From: Pyrinomonadaceae bacterium
GTDB taxonomy: Bacteria; Acidobacteriota; Blastocatellia; Pyrinomonadales; Pyrinomonadaceae
Assembly: GCA_046313635.1 (NCBI GenBank)
Contig: JBKBYA010000003.1
Location: 32,001-96,000 of the forward strand
DNA: 64,000 bases
Direction: 5' to 3'
Part shown: one piece after another, positions 1 through 7,842 of the stretch
How the letters are laid out: every line of letters begins with the position of its first letter
Position numbering within the stretch: position 1 is the stretch's first letter
Position numbers and translations under genes: made by a program
Notes under the pieces: model-generated
The model's input: only the letters and a program-made list of their open reading frames with translations
The model's database searches: none
What the model was told of the DNA's origin: nothing

Positions 1-43
1 AAGCCGCGGGGCAGACAAGAAATTTCGCCTCAGCTCGCGAGGC

Positions 44-694
44 CTACGCGAGCACGCCTGCGATCGCTGTGAGATCGCCGACGAATTCGCGATACTGCCG
101 CTCGCGCGCTTGCGGGTCGGGCGCGCGGAGGATCGCCGACGGGTGCAGCGTCGCCATCACACGTTTGGCGTACTCTGCGTCGAGCCATCGGCCACGCATT
201 TTTGAGACGCGAAAGTCTTTGCCCAACAGCGCCTGTGCAGCCGTCGCGCCGAGGCAGACGAGGACCTTTGGTTTGACGAGCGCGATCTCGGCGTTGAGCC
301 ACGGCGCGCAGGCGCGGATCTCGGCGGCATTCGGTTTGTCGTGAATGCGCCGCTTGCCGCGCGGCGTCCATTTGAAGTGCTTGACGACATTCGTTACGTA
401 CGCCGCGTCGCGGTCGATGCCGGCCTCGCCGAGGGCCTTGTCAAACAGGCGGCCGGCGGGCCCGACGAAAGGATGTCCCGTCTTGTCCTCTTCGTCGCCG
501 GGCTGCTCGCCGACAAACATCACCGCCGCCGACACCTTGCCCTCGCCAAAAACGGTCTGCGTGCCGAGCTTGTACAGGTCGCAGCCCATGCAGCCCTTGG
601 AGGCCGCGGCCAGACTGCGGTACGAGATCCTCGCCGGAAAGAAGTCGAGAGCGCTGCGCTCGCTCCCGTCGCCTGTAGTGCGTGCGGACTTCAT
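44..694 (-). CDS. udgX: UdgX-type family-4 uracil-DNA glycosylase (covalent uracil-DNA-binding)
   Basis: Motifs GEQPG, YVTNVVKHFK, R-loop KWTPRGKRRIH and HPSAIL, with Fe-S ligands CMGC/H/C. Start moved to ATG 694 because the ORF-track extension is a heptamer repeat. Confidence 0.9.
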   Translation of the reverse strand: MKSARTTGDGSERSALDFFPARISYRSLAAASKGCMGCDLYKLGTQTVFGEGKVSAAVMFVGEQPGDEEDKTGHPFVGPAGRLFDKALGEAGIDRDAAYVTNVVKHFKWTPRGKRRIHDKPNAAEIRACAPWLNAEIALVKPKVLVCLGATAAQALLGKDFRVSKMRGRWLDAEYAKRVMATLHPSAILRAPDPQARERQYREFVGDLTAIAGVLA

Positions 695-697
695 ACG

Positions 698-788
698 ATT
701 CCAGATCTCACATTCCAAATTCCAGATTCCAAATCAAAAAACCAAAAACCAATGACCAATGACCAATGACCAATAACCAACCCCTCAC
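698..788. repeat. 13 in-phase heptamers (ATTCCAR-type, then RACCAAT-type) filling the intergenic gap
   Basis: ATTCCAG ATCTCAC ATTCCAA ATTCCAG ATTCCAA ATCAAAA AACCAAA AACCAAT GACCAAT GACCAAT GACCAAT AACCAAC CCCTCAC. Confidence 0.9.
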
Positions 789-789
789 C

Positions 790-2112
790 TCACAACAACC
801 CTCTCTCCTTCACACGCAAATACGTCTCGACGAGCTTTGGGCCGAGCGTCTCGGTCGTGACGTCGAGGGCGAGGCCGCCGAGGGTTTGGACGAGCCGGAG
901 CGCCGACTCACGCTGGAGAATGATCTCCTCGGCGGCGGACTGCATAAAGACGTCTTTAATGTCGGCAGGCCTTTCCGTAACGAGAGCTCCGAGGTCGCGG
1001 TCGCCGATGGTCGCGACGAGCGGCAGGTGACGGGGCCGCAAAAGCTTGAGCGAGGTGATGAGCTGCTTTGAGCTCTCCTTGTCGACGACGTCGGTGAGTA
1101 TGACGACGAGCGAACGCTTTTTTGAATTCGTCGAGATGAATTGAAATGCCCGTGCATACGACGGCTCGATGAACTCGGGCTCGACGTCGTGCAGCGCCTC
1201 GAGGACCGCGTCGATATGTTCCAGTCCGCGCTTCGGCGGGATGAAGCGCCTTGCCCGCCGGCCAAACACGAGAATGCCGCAGTTGTCGCCCGACCGCGAG
1301 CATGCGGACATCAGCGCGAGAGCGGAGTGGACCGCCGTTTCAAATTTTGTCTCGCCGCCGATGCGGCCGGTCATCAGCCGGCCCGCGTCGATCGCGATCA
1401 GGACGGTCTGATCGCGCTCGATCTGGAATTGCCGGGTCGTGAGCTTTGAGCGCCGCGCCGTCGCGGTCCACGACAGGTGACGCAGCTCGTCGCCGAGCAC
1501 GTAGTCGCGGAGCGATTCGAACTCGCGGCCTTCGCCCCGCAGCGCCGAGCGCCGCTGCACGGCGAGGAACGAACGCGCGCCGAGCGCCTTGAGCTCGATC
1601 TCTCGGGCGCGGCGCATGTTCGGATAGACCTTGACGTCTTGCGGCTCGCCGAGATACGCCTGCGACCAGACGAGGCCAAATCGCGACAGGTATCGCACCG
1701 CCGTTCGCCCAAACGAGTAGCGGCCTCGACGCGGAGGCCGCAGGTAATAAAAGAACTCGGCCGTGGCAAAAGGCCCGAGCTTGATCTCAGCCTCGCGTTC
1801 GTCGTCGAGCGTCATCTGCGGCGGATATTCGTCCTTGATGCGGAGCGTGAGCGATGCGGGCGACTCATTTGCGAGCGAGAGGCTCACCCTGGTCCGGTCG
1901 CCGATCGCGAAGCGCGACCCGAACCGGCGCTCGAACTCGACCCCGTCGATCGCTCGGCGGCTCACGAGATGGTCCGCGAAGGCCGCGGCGATCAGGGCGA
2001 GATCGTACGCCAGCACGAGCCAGCGCAGCGCGGGCAGACCCCACGAGAGCGACAGCGGCACCAGCCCGAAGGCCAGCAGAATATAAAAGCGTCGTGCGAA
2101 GACGAATTGCAT
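790..2112 (-). CDS. DUF58 domain membrane protein (MoxR-associated, vWA-like)
   Basis: Two N-terminal TM helices; motifs VKVYP, GREFESLRDYVLGDELRHLSWTATAR, IAIDAGRLM. Confidence 0.9.
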   Translation of the reverse strand: MQFVFARRFYILLAFGLVPLSLSWGLPALRWLVLAYDLALIAAAFADHLVSRRAIDGVEFERRFGSRFAIGDRTRVSLSLANESPASLTLRIKDEYPPQMTLDDEREAEIKLGPFATAEFFYYLRPPRRGRYSFGRTAVRYLSRFGLVWSQAYLGEPQDVKVYPNMRRAREIELKALGARSFLAVQRRSALRGEGREFESLRDYVLGDELRHLSWTATARRSKLTTRQFQIERDQTVLIAIDAGRLMTGRIGGETKFETAVHSALALMSACSRSGDNCGILVFGRRARRFIPPKRGLEHIDAVLEALHDVEPEFIEPSYARAFQFISTNSKKRSLVVILTDVVDKESSKQLITSLKLLRPRHLPLVATIGDRDLGALVTERPADIKDVFMQSAAEEIILQRESALRLVQTLGGLALDVTTETLGPKLVETYLRVKERGLL

Positions 2113-2237
2113 CAGACGCGGGATTATACCATCGGCCGGCGAAGCTTAACTGCAGCCCGCTCGACGCGGCAGGTGCATTGTAAAAAAGGATGTTGTATTT
2201 TGCCGTGCTTTGTGTTTGATTATCTCAGCCAAAAACG

Positions 2238-4058
2238 ATGCAGCCGCTGCCCCCGACCAACGCACCTTCCGACCCGAACGAGCTGCCGACGCGAGCCCAA
2301 GCCATGCTTTTTGCCGCAAAGGCAAAGCTGCTGCAGGCCCGCAGGTCGGTGCGCGACCTTTTTGATCCCGATATCGCCAGGCATCCGAATGCGGCCGACC
2401 GCGCGTTCGGGCCGGTCATCGCGACTTCCAAAACGCCGCTCTGGAGCGAGACCGCCGAGTCCGAACGTTATTTGGTCGCGGGAAAGATCGAGAATCTGCG
2501 GCTCGCCCTGAGACGGCTGGACGGCGTGGTCGTGCCGGCCGGGAAGATATTCAGTTTCTGGAAACAGATCGGGCGGGCAAGCAGACGGCGCGGCTTCGTC
2601 GCGGGCCGCGAGCTTCGCGAGGGCTGCGTGATCCCCTCGGTCGGCGGCGGGCTTTGTCAGCTCTCCAACGCCTTGTACGACGCCGCGCTGCAGGCCGGCT
2701 TCGAGATCGTCGAGCGGCACGCACACTCGCGCGTGATCCCCGGTTCGCTTGCCGAACGCCGGCGGGACGCGACCGTCTTCTGGAACTACATCGACCTGCG
2801 TTTTCGTTCCGACCGTGCGTTTCTGATCGAAGCGGAACTTGACAGCAATGACCTGACCGTTCGGTTTCGCGGCGAAACCCCATCGCGCGAGACCGTCACC
2901 GAGCGAGCCTCGTCGATCGGCCGCCAGGCTGCACCGCTCGGCGTACAGTCTCTCAACTCGTGTGCGTCGTGCGGGCAGATGGAATGTCACCGGGCGGTCG
3001 CGCCGGGCAAATACTCGAATTTTGGCCGCACGGCGTACCTCGTGGATGAGTTTTGGCCGGAGTTTGACCGGTACGTACAGGCCGAACGTACCGACCGCGA
3101 CATTCTCCTCGTCCCGCTCGACGGGAGCCGCTACGGCAGACCGAACTATGCCTGGTCCAGCTCGGCCTTCGGCTCGGTACGGCAGAGCGTCTTTGTGACC
3201 ATCGAGCGATCGTACCGCTCGCGCCGTCTGGCGGCGCAGGGAGCCGCCCGGCAGCAAAATCTGCTCCGAATGCACGAGCGGCTGGCCGACGATCTTGCCC
3301 GAAAGCTCGGACACGACGTCCTGCACGTCGTCGTGCAGCAAAACCTACTGCCCTTTCTCTGGAAAAAGGGGCATCTCGGCGGACGGACGTTCGACGTCCT
3401 GATGACCGCCGCGCCGATGGCCGAACTGCAAAGAAACCTCGACCGGGCGCGGTCTCTGCATCCGACGAGCACTACGCTCGGCGACTTTCGCGCAAGCGAC
3501 GATATCGTCACCGCCGAATCGCAGGCCCTGGCCAACGCGCGCAGGATAATTACTCCGCACGTGCAGATCGCCGATATGTTTCCGCGTCGGGCCCGCCTCA
3601 TCGAATGGCATATGCCCGAGACTTCGCGGCCGATACATTCGGTCCGAAATGCGGGCACCGAAAAGCGCGTGAGGCCGAATGTCGTATTTCCCGCCGCGAC
3701 CGTCGGCCGCAAAGGCTGCTATGAGCTGCGCGAGGCGCTGCGCGGATCGGATGTCAGAGTGGTACTGCTCGGCCCGCTGATCGAATCGCCGGACTTTTGG
3801 AGCGGGTTTGACACGTCGAGAGGCGGCGAAGACTGGCTCGAAACTGCGGATGTCGTGGTGCTCCCGGCCTTTGTCGAGCATCGCCCTCGGCGATTGCTCG
3901 CGGCCCTTTGTGCGGGCGTCCCCGTCATCGCCACACACGAGTGCGGCATCAGTGCGGAGGCGGCGAACCTGGAGGTCGTCCGGTCGGGTGACCCGAACGC
4001 GCTTCGCGAGGCCGTCGAGCGTGCGGTCTCTGACCGGGCCCGATCCGCACTTGGTTGA
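2238..4058 (+). CDS. VanW-domain protein fused to a GT-B/glycosyltransferase-like C-terminal domain
   Basis: VanW motif GGGLCQLSNALYDAALQAGFEIVERHAHS; C-terminal RKG...ADVVVLPAFVE...GVPVIAT resembles GT4. Confidence 0.8.
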   Translation: MQPLPPTNAPSDPNELPTRAQAMLFAAKAKLLQARRSVRDLFDPDIARHPNAADRAFGPVIATSKTPLWSETAESERYLVAGKIENLRLALRRLDGVVVPAGKIFSFWKQIGRASRRRGFVAGRELREGCVIPSVGGGLCQLSNALYDAALQAGFEIVERHAHSRVIPGSLAERRRDATVFWNYIDLRFRSDRAFLIEAELDSNDLTVRFRGETPSRETVTERASSIGRQAAPLGVQSLNSCASCGQMECHRAVAPGKYSNFGRTAYLVDEFWPEFDRYVQAERTDRDILLVPLDGSRYGRPNYAWSSSAFGSVRQSVFVTIERSYRSRRLAAQGAARQQNLLRMHERLADDLARKLGHDVLHVVVQQNLLPFLWKKGHLGGRTFDVLMTAAPMAELQRNLDRARSLHPTSTTLGDFRASDDIVTAESQALANARRIITPHVQIADMFPRRARLIEWHMPETSRPIHSVRNAGTEKRVRPNVVFPAATVGRKGCYELREALRGSDVRVVLLGPLIESPDFWSGFDTSRGGEDWLETADVVVLPAFVEHRPRRLLAALCAGVPVIATHECGISAEAANLEVVRSGDPNALREAVERAVSDRARSALG

Positions 4059-4138
4059 ATTAATTTGTCCGACAGATGTGCAACTAATTCTAGGGCTCGT
4101 TTCTCAAAGTCTCAGCGGCATCCGCGGAGAACAAAAGT

Positions 4139-4690
4139 TTGAAAGGCATCATCTCGACAATACTCCTCGTACTCGCGGCCGCGGCGTCGGCGGTCGCGCA
4201 GCAGGCCGCTGCAGATCGGCAGGTGTCGAGCGCTCCGGCATCTTCGGCGGTCGCGAACGGCGTCACCGAGATCTTTCTCGCCCGCGAGAACGGCGCGGGG
4301 AGCTACGGCGAACCGGCGACGTCCTTTGCGCCGAGAGACATTCCGATCTACTGCGTCGTGCAGCTCGAGAACGGCTCGCCGGTGACCGTAAAAATGGAAC
4401 TCTTCGCGGTCAGCGTCGCGAGAGTGCGGCCGGGCTCGCGGGTCGTCTCGACGAGTTACACGACGAGCGAGCGCCAGGACCTCGTCTATTTCACCGGCCG
4501 TCCCGAGGGGCTGTGGGTTCCGGGCAAATACCGCGTCGATGTGTCTATTGACGGCAAACCCGCGGCGAGCCGAGAATTTACGGTCGTCGCCGCGGTGAGA
4601 AAGGAGCCCGCGGCCGCGGCGCCGGCATCGTTCGGGCCAAAGCCGGCAGCTACCGGCCGCCGCCCCCGACCGGCTCGCAAGACGCTTTAA
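4139..4690 (+). CDS. secreted hypothetical protein (beta-sandwich-like)
   Basis: TTG start after GGAG; signal peptide; W-x-P-G-K-Y-R-V-D-V strand motif. Confidence 0.7.
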   Translation: MKGIISTILLVLAAAASAVAQQAAADRQVSSAPASSAVANGVTEIFLARENGAGSYGEPATSFAPRDIPIYCVVQLENGSPVTVKMELFAVSVARVRPGSRVVSTSYTTSERQDLVYFTGRPEGLWVPGKYRVDVSIDGKPAASREFTVVAAVRKEPAAAAPASFGPKPAATGRRPRPARKTL

Positions 4691-5469
4691 CGCTTTGCGC
4701 CGCCAAGCTGCTGCATGATCTCGCCGATCTTCTCTCTCGCTGCCCTTTCGCCAAGTTCTATCAATTCTTCACGCTTGCGGATCTCGTCGGGCCGGATGTG
4801 CGCGATGGCGGGCTGGATGATCACGTCGGCGTGATAATGCTGCGCCCGCGATGCCGCGCGCAGCAGCGTCATCGCCGATTGAAACAGTGTGCCGACCAGC
4901 GTCCGCGGCACGCCGTGAAACGTCGCTCCGCACGCCATCAGATCGACGGCGATCACGACATCCGCGCCCATCTCGCGAACGGTCTGCGCCGGCGTCGGCG
5001 TGATCACGCCGCCGTCGATCAGCAGCCGGCCGCCGTCGGCCGCGACCGGAGAAAAAACGCCCGGCACGGCGCAGCTCGCGCGTATCGCCTGCGCGAGATC
5101 GCCCCGTCCGCTGAGCACGACCTCGTCGCCCGTTTCGAGATCGCACGTCACCGCGGCGAACGGGATCGCGAGGTCCTCGAAGCGGCGTACCGGAAAGTTG
5201 CGTTCGATAAAAGCGGCGAGGCCTGCATTCGACAGCAGCCCGCGGGGCGAGTACGAGAAACCGGCGATCGCAAACCAGCTCAGCTTGCTGCCGAAGGCGA
5301 TTATTTCGTCGACCGACAGACCGGTCGCATAAGCGCCGCCGGCAAACGATCCGGCGGATGTGCCGGCGATGAGATCGATCGGTACCGAATGCCGTTCGAG
5401 CTCGCGCAGCACGCCGAGGTGAGCATAACCGCGGGCTCCGCCGCCCGATAGAGCGAGGCCGACTTTCAT
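4687..5469 (-). CDS. patatin-like phospholipase
   Basis: Motifs LSGGGARG, GTSAG, DGG. Confidence 0.92.
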   Translation of the reverse strand: MKVGLALSGGGARGYAHLGVLRELERHSVPIDLIAGTSAGSFAGGAYATGLSVDEIIAFGSKLSWFAIAGFSYSPRGLLSNAGLAAFIERNFPVRRFEDLAIPFAAVTCDLETGDEVVLSGRGDLAQAIRASCAVPGVFSPVAADGGRLLIDGGVITPTPAQTVREMGADVVIAVDLMACGATFHGVPRTLVGTLFQSAMTLLRAASRAQHYHADVIIQPAIAHIRPDEIRKREELIELGERAAREKIGEIMQQLGGAKR

Positions 5470-5563
5470 TGCATCTCGTGACGCACCGGCATCGGTCTGC
5501 AGCGGCCGGAGCGTTTCGTTGATTTTAGCTATCCCGTGTGAAAAACTTAAACCCGCCCTTGAG

Positions 5564-6940
5564 ATGACCCTCCACGAAGCAGCGACCTACAAGTCTCACG
5601 ATCTCGACGACATCGCCGTCGCGGACGACTCTTGCCCGGTCTGCGGCCGCGAGATGCAGGCCGCGGATCGGATCGCGTCGTCAGAACTCGAGCCGGAACT
5701 TTTTGGATTGATAAAGGCCAACGCTCCGTCGGTCGACCGGCTGCAATGGATTTGCCGCCGCTGCGTCGGACTATTTGAATCTGCAAAAGAGCAGATCGTC
5801 GCCGAGGCCGCCGTGACCAAGGACGGCTCGCACGTTCTGTCGACGCCGCTCAGGCTCGACGCCGATACGAGATACACCGGTAAGGGCGTGACGATCGCAT
5901 TTCTCGACTCGGGATTTTACCCGCATGTCGATCTGACGACGCCGCGAAACCGCATCCTCGCATACCGCAGCCTGCTTGAGCCGGACGGCTCGCTCGAGTC
6001 GCTATTCAAGCCCGACGTCGCGAGCTGGCATGGGATGATGACGTCGGTCGTCGCGGCCGGCAACGGGCATCTCTCCAACGGCTTTTACCGCGGCCTCGCG
6101 CCCGAGTCCGACGTCGTGCTCGTCAAGCTTGCGCGTACGGGCCGCATCACCGACGACAACATCCGCGAGGGGCTCGAATGGGTGCTCGCCAATCGCGAAA
6201 AGTACAACATTCGCGTCGTCAATATCTCGGCCGGCGGCGACGACGAAAAGAGCTATCTCGACGACCCTCTCTCGCAGACCGTCGAGGAATGCAGCCGCGC
6301 CGGCATCGCGGTCGTCTGCGCGGTCGGCAACGCCGGCCACCTGCCGGATCATCCCGTCGTGCCGCCGGCGAGCTCTCCGTCGGCGATCGCCGTCGGCGGT
6401 CTCGACGACCAGAACTCGATCAACCGCGCGCGTCGCGGGATGTATCGCTCGTCGTACGGCCCGACCATCGACGGCCTGCAAAAGCCGGAGGTGATCGCCC
6501 CGTCGATCTGGGTGCCGGCGCCGATACTGCCCAATACGCCCACCGCGCAGCAGGCCGCCCTGCTCGAGAAGCTCGACCGCGCGCCGGACGACGATCTGAA
6601 CTCGATCATTCAAAAACACGCCGGCGTCGACCCCGAACTCGACGCCGCCGCCGACCGACCGCCGCACATCATCCGGCAGATGATCGTGCTCAAGATCCGC
6701 CGCGAGAACGTCATCACACGTAACTACAAGTACGTTGACGGCACATCCTTTTCGGCGCCTATCGTCTCGTCGCTCGTCGCGCAGATGATCGAGGCGAACC
6801 CGCGTCTAACTCCATCGCAGATCAAGCGCATCTTGATCACGACGGCCGAGCGGCTGCCGCACATCGAGGTCGATCGCCAGGGCTGGGGCGTGATCGACCC
6901 GCGTCGAGCGGTAGCGGCCGCAGAGAACTTTTCCAGATAA
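5564..6940 (+). CDS. S8 (AprX-like) serine peptidase with N-terminal Cys4 module
   Basis: Catalytic triad motifs FLDSG, WHGMM and GTSFSAP; N-terminal CPVC...CRRC; no signal peptide; start at ATG 5564 preferred. Confidence 0.88.
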   Translation: MTLHEAATYKSHDLDDIAVADDSCPVCGREMQAADRIASSELEPELFGLIKANAPSVDRLQWICRRCVGLFESAKEQIVAEAAVTKDGSHVLSTPLRLDADTRYTGKGVTIAFLDSGFYPHVDLTTPRNRILAYRSLLEPDGSLESLFKPDVASWHGMMTSVVAAGNGHLSNGFYRGLAPESDVVLVKLARTGRITDDNIREGLEWVLANREKYNIRVVNISAGGDDEKSYLDDPLSQTVEECSRAGIAVVCAVGNAGHLPDHPVVPPASSPSAIAVGGLDDQNSINRARRGMYRSSYGPTIDGLQKPEVIAPSIWVPAPILPNTPTAQQAALLEKLDRAPDDDLNSIIQKHAGVDPELDAAADRPPHIIRQMIVLKIRRENVITRNYKYVDGTSFSAPIVSSLVAQMIEANPRLTPSQIKRILITTAERLPHIEVDRQGWGVIDPRRAVAAAENFSR

Positions 6941-6943
6941 AAA

Positions 6944-7732
6944 TTAACGAGGCCGGTTGGCCGGAGGACGCGGCGGGCTTGGGCGCATCTCGCCCGCGGG
7001 GCCGCCGGGCGGGGGCGTCGTCACCCTCGGACGACCATCCGTCGGCGAAGGCCGCGGCGTGGGCGGCGGAGTCGGCGTGGCCGTGCGCTCAGGCGTGGGC
7101 GTGGCCGTCCGCTCGGGCGTCGGTGTCGCGGTAGGGCTCGGCGACTCGCTCGGGCTCGGGCTCGGTTTGGGCGTCGGCGTCGGGGTCTTGGTGGCGCTGA
7201 CCGTCGGCGTCGCGCCGTTAAAGTAGACGTTGGCGTCAAATCCCGCGTTGAGATTTGCGTTGGTGTTGACGTTTACGTTCGCGTTCCGGTTTGCGGCGCG
7301 GTCGCCCTGCAGCATCCAGAATCCGGCGAGCCCGAGACCGAGCACGGCGAGCGTGGCGATGATCGTCAGCACGACGATCTTAAAAGTGTTTGGCCTTGCC
7401 GGCGGAGGGTAATACGCCGCGGCAGCTCTCGTACGCGACGGCGACCGAGGCTCGGCCGGGCGATCGTCGTAGGTCGGGATGACGATCCGGTCACCGGATC
7501 TCGGTCTGGGCTGCGGCGAACTGTCGAGGCTCTCTACTGCCGCCGCGCCTGCGCCGCGGCGGACGACGGTGACCTCGTCCGGCTCGTCAGACGCCATCTC
7601 GTCCGCGAGTCGGTCGCTCGGCATCGCGACGAATTTCGGCTGCTCCTCGTCGACGAGCGGCGTGCCGTCCTTCGTGCAGAAGCGCATTATCTCTTCGTCG
7701 TAGCGACGGTCGCAGGTCGGGCAGTATTTCAT
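6944..7732 (-). CDS. zinc-ribbon / single-TM / Pro-Thr-rich hypothetical protein
   Basis: MKYCPTC...FCTKDGTPL, one TM helix, NxN linker, TPTPERTA repeats. Confidence 0.8.
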   Translation of the reverse strand: MKYCPTCDRRYDEEIMRFCTKDGTPLVDEEQPKFVAMPSDRLADEMASDEPDEVTVVRRGAGAAAVESLDSSPQPRPRSGDRIVIPTYDDRPAEPRSPSRTRAAAAYYPPPARPNTFKIVVLTIIATLAVLGLGLAGFWMLQGDRAANRNANVNVNTNANLNAGFDANVYFNGATPTVSATKTPTPTPKPSPSPSESPSPTATPTPERTATPTPERTATPTPPPTPRPSPTDGRPRVTTPPPGGPAGEMRPSPPRPPANRPR

Positions 7733-7842
7733 CGTATTTTTCGGGCAGAGCCTGAACGCTTTTGGATTCTAGCACGGTTCGTTTAAGCCTAAGAATCCGG
7801 CCGTCGGTCGTCGCCTGCTCGGACGTTGGGAGCGACCCATCC

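Noticed and set aside
695..718. N-terminal extension of UdgX in the ORF track (also the extended starts at 15052, 19495, 23133, 41398 and 63651)
   Set aside because: The extensions run through repeats, terminators, promoters or neighbouring genes; downstream starts fit the family N-termini better.
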